64,000 nucleotides of DNA from Lingula anatina (lineage: Eukaryota; Animalia; Brachiopoda). The stretch spans positions 38,666,788 through 38,730,787 of the forward strand of contig CM120640.1 in the NCBI GenBank assembly GCA_051362555.1. The letters are read 5' to 3'. The notes under the pieces were generated by a model. It saw only the letters and a program-made list of their open reading frames with translations, did no database searches and had not been told where the DNA came from. The translations under genes and the position numbers were made by a program. The stretch's first letter is position 1, and the number at the start of each line of letters is the position of its first letter. This document shows, piece after piece, positions 27,275 to 39,217 of this stretch.

Positions 27275-27891
27275 AAAACATTATTAAAATATTACCACAC
27301 ATATTTATGATAAATGTATGCATATTTGTAATAACTAAATTTTGTCATTTGCTACGGGAATGGGGGGGGGGGTCTTAAAAATAAAAATTTTGGGCCGCAA
27401 TTCCCACAGCAAATATGAAGGAGTACCAGTAGATAAGGCCGGTGCCATGAAACTGAGGGTCCGTGTGACAGAAAGTCCGTCCTCCATATAGTTAGGGTTA
27501 GTTTGACCTAAGTAGGTCAAAATCTAGGGCGAGGCTCACTTGTACAAATGAATGGGAAGCGGACTCTCTGTCATGGGGGACTTTCTGGTACATGTCACCG
27601 GTGATGGCACAGAAATGGGAAAATTCTTGGTTTTGTCTAGTTTTGCTTGCATTATACATTTATATAAAATCTGATTCTCAAAATAAATGCAATCGGCAAG
27701 TATTATGCTACAGGGATGGGAGTGAGGTGTTCTTAAGAATAAAAGAATTGGGCCTTAATTCCCTCAGCAAATATAAAATAGTGCCAGTAGATAAGGACAA
27801 TAATGGCACAAGGATGGAAAAAATCTTGGTTTTGTCTAGTTTTGCTTGCTATATGCATTTATATAAAAAATTGGGCCTCAATTCCCACAGG

Positions 27892-27928
<37 letters not shown>

Positions 27929-28549
27929 AAGAAAAAAAGAATAGTGCCAGTAGATAAGGATAACAATGGCACAGGAATGGGAAAAAACTAGTTTTTTTCT
28001 CGTTTTACTTGTGTTATAGTCAAGAACATATACATTTATACACAATGTACCCCTTCGTTAACATTAAGAGGTGTTGGGTTCTTAAATCTACAGTGGGATT
28101 TATTTAAGTAAGATAGTTACTTCTCTAATTTGACTCAGGAAAGTCTAGGTAACGGCTCGAGTTATTCCTGGGGCTCCGTAACTTAAATGCAGATGCGTAT
28201 TAACCTCTTTCATCTTTTGCGGAAATACGAAGTGCGCATGACAGGAACCGCGCGCCACAGGGGTCATAGTGGTCCTCTGCTGTTTCCAGCATGGCTATGC
28301 TAGGTGTAGATGATGTACAAGGTGCGCGTATAAAAAGGTCGTATGAAGCGTGCATTGATTTCTGTCAAACTAAAAAGGTGGCTGAAGCACAGAAATGCGT
28401 AAACTGTAGGCAAGAAACAGCTATTTGGACGGAGAATCAAGCAATTAAATATTTTCTTTCTCAGTTTAGATACGATGCGCTTTACAACTAGACTTCACCT
28501 AAGCGTTCGAGCCTTGGCTGTACTTTCAATAGTGATGACGAACAAAAGC

Positions 28550-29679
28550 TTCGGAGTTCTTTTAAATGCTTCCGATAATAAAGATATGCGAAAAAGACTC
28601 GTTATTTTTTTATATATAAAATCAAAATAGCCAGTAGACTCGTACACAGCTTTCAAGAGTGTGGACAGGTGCGCAGACCTACGTCTTCACAATTTTGTAC
28701 ATGTATATATGCAAGCTGTGGCGATATCACCTCATGTACCGGCAGTGTCAATTCATTACGATTTTTATGTCTTGTTTGAAGGATATCTTAATAGATTTTT
28801 AAAGTGATAAAATGAAAAGATTTCCTGCATTGTTTGACTCGTAGCTACTGTGTATACAGGTAAAACTGACACGCAGATCGTTCGTCGGTGAACTGATTAA
28901 ATCGTTTGGTACCTGATGAGGCATCAGGTGTTACTTGTTCAATTGTTCGGTAAGGCGGGCGGCCACAACTACGACCTTTCCTCTGTAATTAAAACCTTTT
29001 AAGTGTTAAATGGGTGAGACAGGAATTCTCGACTCTTTCCCAGACGATAATTAAAGTTTACCGTGTCTTACTCTAGTATATGTACAAAATTTACGACAGG
29101 TAAAAAATGTCAGAGTTCGGAGTTCTTTTAAATGCTTCCGATAATAAAGATATGCGAAAGAGACTCGTTATTTTTTTATATATAAAATCAAAATAGCCAG
29201 TAGACTCGTACACAGCTTTCAAGAGTGTGGACAGGTGCGCAGACCTACGTCTTCACAATTTTGTACATGTATATATGCAAGCTGTGGCGATATCACCTCA
29301 TGTACCGGCAGTGTCAATTCATTACGATTTTTATGTCTTGTTTGAAGGATATCTTAATAGATTTTTAAAGTGATAAAATGAAAAGATTTCCTGCATTGTT
29401 TGACTCGTAGCTACTGTGTATACAGGTAAAACTGACACGCAGATCGTTCGTCGGTGAACTGATTAAATCGTTTGGTACCTGATGAGGCATCAGGTGTTAC
29501 TTGTTCAATTGTTCGGTAAGGCGGGCGGCCACAACTACGACCTTTCCTCTGTAATTAAAACCTTTTAAGTGTTAAATGGGTGAGACAGGAATTCTCGACT
29601 CTTTCCCAGACGATAATTAAAGTTTACCGTGTCTTACTCTAGTATATGTACAAAATTTACGACAGGTAAAAAATGTCAG
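28550..29679. repeat. Near-perfect tandem duplication, 2 x ~566 bp
   Basis: 28550-29113 matches 29116-29679, with only one substitution noticed. Confidence 0.9.
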
Positions 29680-30334
29680 TCTTTCGGTCTGACAAGTATG
29701 AAAATTTTGTCAAACTGAAACAAAAACAAAATTATAGCAAGAGGCCAAATTATTTGATTTTTACATGTTTTCATGCGTATTTTCATCGTTTTCAATCACA
29801 GACAATTAAATCATTCAAATAAAGTGTTTCCCACACATTTCATACTTTTCAACTATCTAAGACAGTTAAATATACGTAGGCCTACTTTAATACTAAGCAT
29901 ATTTGTATTTCTTTACAAATACGTTGTTGGATTATGTTTATTATCCATTTTGTCTTTACCATACATGTATCATGTACGTGTAGCTTACAGAAAGGCTTTT
30001 CTGCATTTTTTGTATTTTCCAATTCTCTTGTCATTGAGTTCAGAAATAAATAACTTTTTATTTCGCCGATAACGCGTTCAACAAGAGCCGATGTACTTTC
30101 TTCTTCGTATGTCTCTGTTGATTTTGATAATATGAGCCCCGTTTGTACAAATCAGTAATACGTATACGGGACTGAATACATAATAATAAAAATTTTATTA
30201 ACGTCTCACGTTAAAAAAAATAGAACCCACCCTGCTAAGGGTTATTAGAGACTAAAACCTGTGATGGGCCTACAACATTTAAAATGATCACTTATCAATA
30301 AAACACACACAAAAAGGATATTACATACAAAACT

Positions 30335-30826
30335 TTTCAAACCTTCTCTTTGTTGTTACACAAAAAGTCGTGAAAGTTCTTGAATTTTTTGTAAGTAGAA
30401 TCCCCGTGTAAAACTTCACAGCTTTTACTTTCTTTTTCCATAATCTCATGCTTGAAGTCTTTTCTTAATTTTTAGGCCCCGGCCTATTCTTCGATTTTTT
30501 CTTCAAATCTTTATAATGTTTTTTTTCTCGCATTTTTTACCCCCGAGTTCTATTTGCCGATAGTTCGTTATATCCGTTGTTTAACTAAGCATTTCTGTTT
30601 TTTATAAAGCACCGTTGATCTCCTAATATTATAGTTTTTCTTCCCGCCTTCGAAATGTTCAGCGCAAACGCGGTGCCCTGCTTTTGATCCAAACCTGCTA
30701 TATTTTCCTTTCTTTCTACCATATTTTTCATTCTAACGGGTTTGTTGGGAACTTATTAAACCTCATGTGTCGATCTCGCTTACTGTTATTGTAGTAGCGG
30801 GACAAAAAGCACGTAAACCCAGCCAT
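30335..30826 (-). pseudogene. Decayed THAP-domain DNA transposase N-terminus (Harbinger/ISL2EU-like)
   Basis: Across frameshifts and stops: MAGFTCFLSRYYNNSKRDRHMRFNKFPTNP..KIW..GHRVCAEHFEGGKKNY (THAP), then a coiled region and AVKFYTG..KFKNFHDFL. Confidence 0.7.
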
Positions 30827-33800
30827 GGTTTTTAGCACCGCTGTAAGTGTTTCGACGTAGCAGGGCTCCCCTACCCACAATGCAATTTCCATTTCCGGAA
30901 AAGATGAAAAAGGCTAATTGCGAACGGCGATATCACATAGAGGCTACAGTGTATTACATGGGGCGAGCATGGGCAAGTAATATAATGGAATCGAGACGCT
31001 TGCGCTCGGTCGCAATGCGCGCTGCTTTCGAGTTACGGGGCCCGGGAGAGCAAAGTAACGCAGCACCACAGCTTTGTATCCAAAAACCAAAATTCAACTC
31101 ATTACCTGGACATCGGCTAGTTTTATGGAAGAAATTGGAGTGACAGAAATAGTGACGAGATTGTAAAAGTTTAAGTGAGAGGCGAAAGAGGATAATTTCT
31201 ACTAATGATTAAACGAGCATACATGCGAGTCCATTTAAATTTATTTGCAAGTCTCACTTTTTTTTAGCGATCTGTACACGACCACTTTTTTTACAAAAAA
31301 AAAAAAAAAAAAAGAAAGAAAGAAAATTATAGAATATTTTTTATTCAACTATTATGTACAATTTTGAATATTTACAGTCGATTTAAAAAGGACTAATAAT
31401 CAGTAATGAACTATGTAAACGCAACGAATTAATACATAGCAGTATTATCAAAAGTTCTAAGATTTTCCATCGTCTTCATCTAGCGTCGGAACGCACACAG
31501 TCCGATAATGCAGGTCTTGTGGTCGGAAACTGGTACCAGATGCTCTCGGGCCGTGGGGAAAAACCCGTCTAAACCCTTCGTGGGGAATGCCGGGAAAGTG
31601 CCCACGCATGGATAATTCGGTCCTTATAACATGACGAAATCGGTTTCTATTGGCACGGCGCTGCGTACAGTTCAAGAATCGTCCCGTTTTAGACAGCATT
31701 GTGTGACGGAATAACCTTTGTGTTGACTAACTATTCTCTATATATACTATACACGAGGTGAAGCATAAAAACTTATTAAAGTAATTCTTACAGAAAAAGG
31801 CACTGAAGCCAATAAAAAACTAACAAGAGACATAACAATTAAACAGAATCATTTTGACTTTATCTTGGAGAATTAAAACCATAAATAAAGTTAATCATTT
31901 TACAACTGCAAGCATCTTTCAAAACTTGATTATAGTTCTCTTTATGATAGAATGCAAACAGATTCAAGTAATATGATTATAACTCGGGAATATCAATGAT
32001 TTCAACTAAACTTTGATATATAATTCGACTTAAAATACCAGGTTTCTAAAATGTAAATTTGCACTGAAATCGCAACTACCTGCATGATACAAGTACAGAA
32101 TAAAGCAAGCTTGCTTCAAAATATTTCGAATCTCACATTACACTGTATGACCGCCCATGTAAATTTCAATCTGAATTTTTTTGATCCGGAGAAAAGGTGC
32201 ATATGTGATGAAGTGGATGTATTTGTCAAGTATAACACTTGAGAAAATCTGAATATTAGTAATGTGATCTCTATCTTGAGAGATGACAGCATCTCTCAAG
32301 AAGAGCAGACTGTACAAAAAATATAATGATATATTTTCTCACACGTAAAATATTTCATTACAGATTTTGCACAATCTATCAATGTAAAATCTCTTCATGT
32401 AAAAGCGTTTACATGAAGTCAGATTTTACAAAGATGTGAGGGTTTGTTAGTAAGGTTAGTGTGCAGGTTAAGACCTTTTCAAATGCCATACTGACAAACA
32501 ACTCCACATCATCAAAAGCACAAATTTGAAAAATGACCATCTCAGATTGAAACAAAACACAGACGACCACAAGTGGTGGGAATGTTTTTGTGAGCAAAAA
32601 ACTATCTGCATTCAGAATGTGGATAAAGCAACTCTATATTCAAATTTATTAATATAATAATTATAGCAACTGTAGAGGTAGACTTTTCCTACAGAAGCAC
32701 ACATCTTATTCAATTGATCTTGTATGGAATGAAGAATTATCTTGAACCTCAGTTTTCTCTTCTGTTATTGAAATAAAATGGTTCACTGCATAAGGCATAA
32801 AATACAAATGAAATTTGATGCAATTTCACCTTGACATGTTTGTGACCCATGAACCCCAAATATTCTCAGCATCCAAAAGACTGATACATTATTAGACTGT
32901 ATTCCCACTACATTCAGTACTGTATATTGCCTTCATTACCATTCCACATTCTTTATATTTGTTTGCAGAGCAAGCCGTGTCCTTCAACACCAAAACTCGT
33001 GGGATGTCCGAGCATCCATGAAAGTGTCCACAGGGCTCCTTGCTAACGCTGTCCAGTGTTCAACATTTGGTCTTGGGTCGACGTTATCTGACATCATGCA
33101 GGCGTAATTATTGGAAAACTTCCAATTCGTAGCCTACAAATGAAATCCAACTTTTACTCAAAAGTATGAAAAGCTATATCGAAAGCTTGCAGTAACTGCA
33201 ACAAAGAAAGTATATCACTGGTATTTACACACCGTTAACATTAATGAAAAGCTTGGTTCTTAAAATGATCAGAGCGTTATTTCCAAATGTACAGTGAAAT
33301 ATGCTTCCTTTATTGAAATATATATATCAACTTTTTAGAGTAAGTAGACAGCAGTCTTCAAAAAATAGATTATTTCAAACATTTGACAAAAAAGTAAGAA
33401 AAGATGTTGCTATATTGAATATTGTAATGTTAGCCTCCATGTTAAATTGTTGACTGTCTGTGCTACTTCTAATTCTACTGTTTGTTTACATAGGATATAG
33501 TTTTTGATCACTGTCAATAATAAGAAATGCCATAATACACCAATAATAATACTTAAAAAAATCAGAACCACTTTTCTTAAGTTGTTGATCCCCAATAACT
33601 TACAAAGTTATCTGTATAAAGATCCCTCAATCCTGAAGAAGTGTTTCATCTGGAGGTTTGGTAGTTGCAATCTTCATTTTTAGAATCCGCCACTTTTGGT
33701 AGCCTGCAAATTTAAATTATTACTTCAAAATGTAATAAAAGTCAACCATTTGTATATGAAATGTGTTTTTAAAGTTTCAGCAGTTTGATGGGAAATAAAT

Positions 33801-34329
33801 ATAAAAAGCACTTTTGTCACAAACTTGGAAAAAACATTCAAGCGAAATATTTTGACATGCCACTGGCGACCTTCAGACTTAATGTCACAATGGGGTATTG
33901 CACAAATTAGTTTTAACGAAGGAAAAGGAACACTAACAGCATTTAAACGACTCTACTCAAAGACAAGTTTAAGTAAAGCCTGAACAATCTAGATCCAGCG
34001 GGAGGAGTGTACTAGTATTCCATTAAGTGTTTAATTTGTGAAGGATTTCTATGGGAGAGACAAAGAGAAAGTTGAACGTTAGAGTTAAAGAACACGGGAA
34101 GGAATAAGAAAGGGTACCCGAAGAGGGAAAAATACACTACAGCCCAAGGTAGCCTTCTGCTACAACGAACCATCACAAAAAAACATTGATTGAGAGTGCC
34201 AAGATTCTACAAAAAGAAAGTGACTGGAGAACAAGAGGCGTAAAGGGAGGCATATAAACCAGGAAAATGCCTAACAATCTGAACAATATAGAGAGATGGA
34301 AATAAATACTCACTTCTACGGTGGCCTTT

Positions 34330-34680
34330 TATTACCACAACCACAGCACTGGAGGTGCGGGTGGTAGCTGCTAGTATACAATTTCTGGACCAGTGACAAC
34401 GTCCCGGAGTCACATTGGTGGTGGGTGTTGGGGGCGGTAGCTCCAAGTAATCTGGACCAGTAACCACGCCCTGGAGTCACATTGGTGGTGGTGGGTGGTG
34501 GGGGCGGTAGCTCCAAGTAATCTGGACCACTGACCACGCCTCGGAGTCACATTGTTGGTGGTGGGTGGTGGGGGCGGTAGCTCCAAGTAATCTGGACCAG
34601 TGACCACGCCCCGGAGTCACATTGGTGGCGGTGGGTGGTGGGGGCGGTAGCTCCAAGTGATCTGGACCATTGACAACGTC
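34330..34680. repeat. ~70-bp GC-rich minisatellite, ~4.5 copies
   Basis: Unit GGAGTCACATTGGTGGTGGTGGGTGGTGGGGGCGGTAGCTCCAAGTAATCTGGACCAGTGACCACGCC; bounded on the minus strand by an acceptor at 34681-34682 and a GTGAGT donor near 34312. Confidence 0.9.
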
Positions 34681-36136
34681 CTGCAGAATATTGAGACTGT
34701 TGAGGATCTGAAAGTTGACGAATGGCATGTCAAAATATTTTGTATGAATGATAAGGTTTTTCCACATCTGTGACAAATTAAAAGAGCTTTTTACCTGTGA
34801 AAAATGAGCACTGAATTTGCTAGAGTAAATTGTAAATAGAAAACAAATACCTGCACCGAGTGACAGGTCCCAAACATTCTTAAAACAATTGTCTAAGACC
34901 TTGCACAAAATGCTCAGTTTGTTGGAGTTGCACTGATAAAAGATTTGTATTATCTATACAATGAATGACAATCTAGTTCATTTACCCTTATCCTGTCCCA
35001 TAACTTACCTTGAATACTCTCTAATCACAACTACTGAAGGGCTCTTGAAACACTATATGATATAGCTGACATGGCTTTCTCCATTTTAGCCTTGTTAACC
35101 TTGTTAAAATGGACCGTCATCAGGACAGGCGCTCGCCAATGCTATCTGCCTCAACTACAAAATAAAAAATTATAAGTCAAAAGTTTCCCTCTTTACTTCT
35201 CCCACCCAAATCCAATCTACTAACCATAAATATCTTAATCCTAGGAGTGGGTCATGGGTAAAAGACATTGCCTTCTGAATGTGAGCTGTCAAATTATTGT
35301 GGCTAACGGTTTTTAGTTTTTCAAGGTATGAAAAATCACTTAAGTGTTTTGTTTTCCCCCAAAAACATGAGTGATATGTACCTTTTAAGGCTTGATAGGT
35401 TTCCATCTCTGTGAAACGCCATATGCTTCTGATGCTCCCCCATGCAGCCCCCTAACATACAGACCATGGCAGGACTCAACCATGCACCAAGGATTGAATG
35501 TGACCCTCTTCTTGCACCTCTTTCAAAAAAGCGGGTCTTTATCAGGAATTGCCCTAATTGAGTTCTGTAAATAGAAAGGAAAATTTGATTGGTTTTCAAA
35601 AATTGTATATCAAAAGCAGTCTGCAGCCAGAAAAATTGTTGGAATCGGTAGATTTCCAGAATGTGTCAATTTGGTGACATGGCTGTTAGATTTTTTCTAT
35701 AAGTATGAAGAAGAGCTTTAGATTTATTTTAAATGTAACTGTTACATCATGATTCGAGAAAAATGTCAAGGTCTTGTTAATACAAATATTAATGCAATCC
35801 AGTCTAGTCCTATTGAACTTTGTATTCGAACCAGTGAATCAAGATTCAGACATCTCTATCTAGTTTTTAGGAAAGAAGGTGGACTGAATGGCCAGTAGGG
35901 TGAAAAGTTTATGGCACAGACTGCTGCTGAAAAATTAATTTTAGTGTATTGTTCTCGCCAGTAACACGGGTTACCTTGCAGGTTTTTCCGCCTCAGTGAA
36001 ACACCATATGCTTCAGACGCTTCTCCAATGCAGCCTCTTCAACAGACCGTGGCAGGACTCACTGGCACCAAGGATTGAGGGATGTATCGGAAGTGTGCAC
36101 GTGGCCCTCTTCTCCTTGCAGTTGCCATGAAACGTT

Positions 36137-36905
36137 GGACAGGACTCGCTGGACACTTCCTAGTGCAGCCACCTCGTAGACAGACCATGGCAGGACTCGC
36201 TGGACGCTTCCCCAGTGCAGCCACCTCGTAGACGGACCATGGCAGGACTCGCTGGACGCTTCCCCAGTGCAGCCACCTCGCAGATAGACCATGGCAGGAC
36301 TCGCTGGACGCTTCCCCAGTGCAGCCACCTCGCAGATAGACCATGGCACGACTCGCCGGACGCTTCCTTAATGCAGCCACCTCGTAGACAGGCCATGACA
36401 GGACTCGCTGGACGCTTCCCCAGTGCAGCCACATCAAAGAGACAGACCATGGCAGGACTCGCTGGCACCAAGGAATGGTCAAAGTAGCTTAAGTGTAGAT
36501 GTGGGACGTCTCCTTGCAGTTGTGTTCTGTCAACAGAAAGAAAAATGAATTTATGACTTTTCATACTATGTCAGCAGTCTGCAGTCAGGCTTACCTTTAA
36601 GTGGCTTCCATCTCATTGAAACACCATATGACAAGACTCGCTGGACGCTTCCCCAGTGCAGCCACCTCGTAGACAGACCATGGCAGGACTCGCTGGACGC
36701 TTCCCCTGTGCCGCCACCTCGTAGACAGACCATGGCAGGACTCGCTGGACGCTTCCCCTGTGCAGCCACCTCGTAGACAGGCCATGGCAGGACTCGCTGG
36801 ACGCTTCCCCAGTGAAGCCACCTCGTAGACAGACCATGGCACGACTCGCTGGACGCTTCCCCAGTGAAGCCACCTCGTAGAGAGACCATGGCAGGACTCG
36901 CTGGC
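36137..36905. repeat. 52-bp minisatellite in two arrays (~36137-36465 and ~36630-36905)
   Basis: Unit CAGACCATGGCAGGACTCGCTGGACGCTTCCCCAGTGCAGCCACCTCGTAGA, ~5-6 copies per array; a diverged single copy lies at ~35440-35480. Confidence 0.92.
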
Positions 36906-36961
36906 TCCAAGGGATGGTCGAAGTAGCTCAAGTGTAGATGTGGGTTGTCTCCTTGCAGTTG

Positions 36962-38267
36962 TGTCCTGTAAACAGAAATAAAAACGAGATTAGATTTCTT
37001 TCATTTCTCAAACTTCCCTTCCAAAAAGAAAAAAAGATTACATACCTTAAGGAGTGTAGTCGAAGTCCCACAGGTGGCGCCCATCATCTTCTATGTCCTG
37101 TAAACAGAAATAAAAACGAGATTAGATTTCTTTCATTTCTCAAACTTCCCTTCCAAAAAGAAAAAAAGATTACATACCTTAAGGAGTGTAGTCGAAGTCC
37201 CACAGGTGGCGCCCATCATCTTCTATGTCCTGTAAACAGAAATAAAAACGAGATTAGATTTCTTTCACTTCTCAAACTCCCCTTCCAAAAAGAAAAAAAG
37301 ATTACATACCTTAAGGAGTGTAGTCGAAGTCCCACAGGTGGCGCCCATCATCTTCTATGTCCTGTAAACAGAAATAAAAACGAGATTAGATATCTTTCAT
37401 TTCTCAAACTCCCCTTCCAAAAAGAAAAAAAGATTACATACCTTAAGGAGTGTAGTCGAAGTCCCACAGGTGGCGCCCATCATCTTCTATGTCCTGTAAA
37501 CAGAAATAAAAACGAGATTAGATATCTTTCATTTCTCAAACTCCCCTTCCAAAAAGAAAAATAGATTACATACCTTAAGGAGTGTAGTCGAAGTCCCACA
37601 GGTGGCGCCCATCATCTATGTCCTGTAAACAGAAATAAAAACGAGATTAGATTTCTTTCATTTCTCAAACTCCCCTTCCAAAAAGAAAAAAGATTACATA
37701 CCTTAAGGAGTGTAGTCGAAGTCCCACAGGTGGCGCCCATCATCTTCTATGTCCTGTAAACAAAAAATAAAAACGAGATTAGATTTCTTTCATTTCTCAA
37801 ACTTCCCTTCCAAAAAGAAAAAAGATTACATACCTTAAGGAGTGTAGTCGAAGTCCCACAGGTGGCGCCCATCACCTTCTATGTCCTGTAAACAGAAATA
37901 AAAACGAGATTAGATATCTTTCACTTCTCAAACTCCCCTTCCAAAAAGAAAAAAAGTTTACATACCTTAAGGAGTGTAGTCGAAGTCCCACAGGTGGCGC
38001 CCATCATCTTCTATGTCTTGTAAACAGAAATAAAAACGAGATTAGATTTCTTTCATTTCTCCAACTCCCCTTCCAAAAAGAAAAAAGATTACATACCTTA
38101 AGGAGTGTAGTCGAAGTCCCACAGGTGGCGCCCATCATCTTCTATGTCCTGTAAACAGAAATAAAAACGAGATTAGATTTCTTTCATTTCTCAAACCCCC
38201 CTTCCCAAAAGAAAAAAAGATTACATACCTTAAGGAGTGTAGTCGAAGTCCCACAGGTGGCGCCCAC
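36962..38267. repeat. 132-bp tandem array, ~10 copies (minus strand: 52-nt exon + 80-nt intron)
   Basis: Units start at 36964, 37096, 37228, 37360, 37492, 37621, 37752, 37884, 38016 and 38147. Confidence 0.95.
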
Positions 38268-38623
38268 CAGTTTGCAGTCTGCTTCCTGGACCTGTAATAA
38301 AAAGAAACCTGGAAAGCATGGGAATATGCAATGACACTACGACTCCAGCCCACGACAGCAAAAAGGTGAAGTATCCTGCGAAGATGACCGAGCGACGATT
38401 CCTCGTGGGGAGAAGCGAAGATTTTAGCTGGCCAGCTAAGAGAAACGCCGAATCCACCGTCTAGACGTCTGCGTGTGCAGGGAACAATATGTCGAAGAGC
38501 GATGCGTTGACGTAGGATGAGCAGAAGATTCGAAGAAATGGGAGTCGACTCCCGTGTCCTTTGTGCTTGATACAGGGCGCAGCACATGGCATCCGTTCTG
38601 TTGCTCTAGATCTGTCCGCTGTT

Positions 38624-38706
38624 GAGTGAACGCACTTTTAAAATTTTGCGCTTTTATACCTTTGTTGACGTATAGTCACATGATGGCGTTCTTGTTGTCA
38701 CCAATG
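38624..38706 (-). promoter_or_regulatory. Pol II core promoter (TATA box, initiator, upstream E-box/CRE/CCAAT-like sites)
   Basis: TATAAAA at 38658-38652, TCACTC initiator with the A at 38627 (31-nt spacing), TGACGTA ~38666, GTCACATGA 38675-38683, CCAAT ~38701. Confidence 0.55.
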
Positions 38707-39217
38707 GTCAACTTGTTCAAAGGGGATGGCCTTTGATAGTGATGCGCAAAGTTGGTAATAATATCTTATCAACATATACATTTTCTTTTATATTTTATAT
38801 TTTGATTATTCTGCCTGTCAGTTTGTTTATAATAAGAGTAATAAGTTCTAAGCAATGTCTGTGAAATGTGCAGGCAAATTTGATGAAAATTTCTGAGCAA
38901 CATACCTTCTCCCTAAAATTTTTATAGGTACGATGTCCGTTAAGCTGGTAGCTGTGAACTTCTCGCAGGCTACTTTAGTGTGCGTGTATTTGAACACTGA
39001 TCCAAAATGTGGATAATGTAATTTGGCGTAGGGTGACTGCATTTTTGAGGCAGCCTGAGGGAGTATGGTTGTTCTGATTGTAGTGAATTGTAGAGAGACA
39101 ATTGAAAGTACACTGGACTTAGCATGTTCAGTCACCCAAGTACTCTGAAACACATTTTGTAATCAGCTGACTTGTTATTCTGAAAAATGAAAAAACAAAT
39201 TATATTGATTTACAAAA

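Larger units (their letters stand above)
32640..38627 (-). ncRNA. Putative multi-exon spliced transcript built from repeats (lncRNA or decayed gene)
   Basis: TATA/Inr at 38658/38627; a series of canonical GT-AG introns; predicted exons 38228-38627 (or 38228-38291), nine ~52-nt exons, 36594-36965, 35975-36525, ~35383-35563, ~35009-35152, ~34313-34680, ~33604-33703, ~32939-33133; AATAAA near 32645; no long spliced ORF. Confidence 0.5.

Noticed and set aside
26125-27276. Plus-strand ORFs over the LINE
   Set aside because: Antisense shadows of the RT frame
27592-27991. Poly-Lys ORFs
   Set aside because: Translate a poly-A tract inside short degenerate repeats
28912-28928. CTGATGA in a hairpin as a hammerhead ribozyme
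   Set aside because: No stem II closing onto GAAA and no stem III
30847-31143. 98-aa plus-strand ORF
   Set aside because: No recognisable domain; probably the GC-rich terminal or promoter region of the THAP transposon
32939-33133. RING-like PCGH fragment
   Set aside because: Requires frameshifts and the cysteine pattern is incomplete; too weak to call
36938-37564. 208-aa plus-strand ORF of 44-aa repeats
   Set aside because: By-product of a 132-bp period; broken by stops and indels in later units, and the splice signals point to the minus strand
36962-38267. CRISPR-like array
   Set aside because: Units are wholly repeated with no unique spacers; eukaryotic context with no cas genes
38848-39153. 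101-aa minus-strand ORF
   Set aside because: Non-ATG start, no recognisable motif, and stops in all frames near the nearby acceptor
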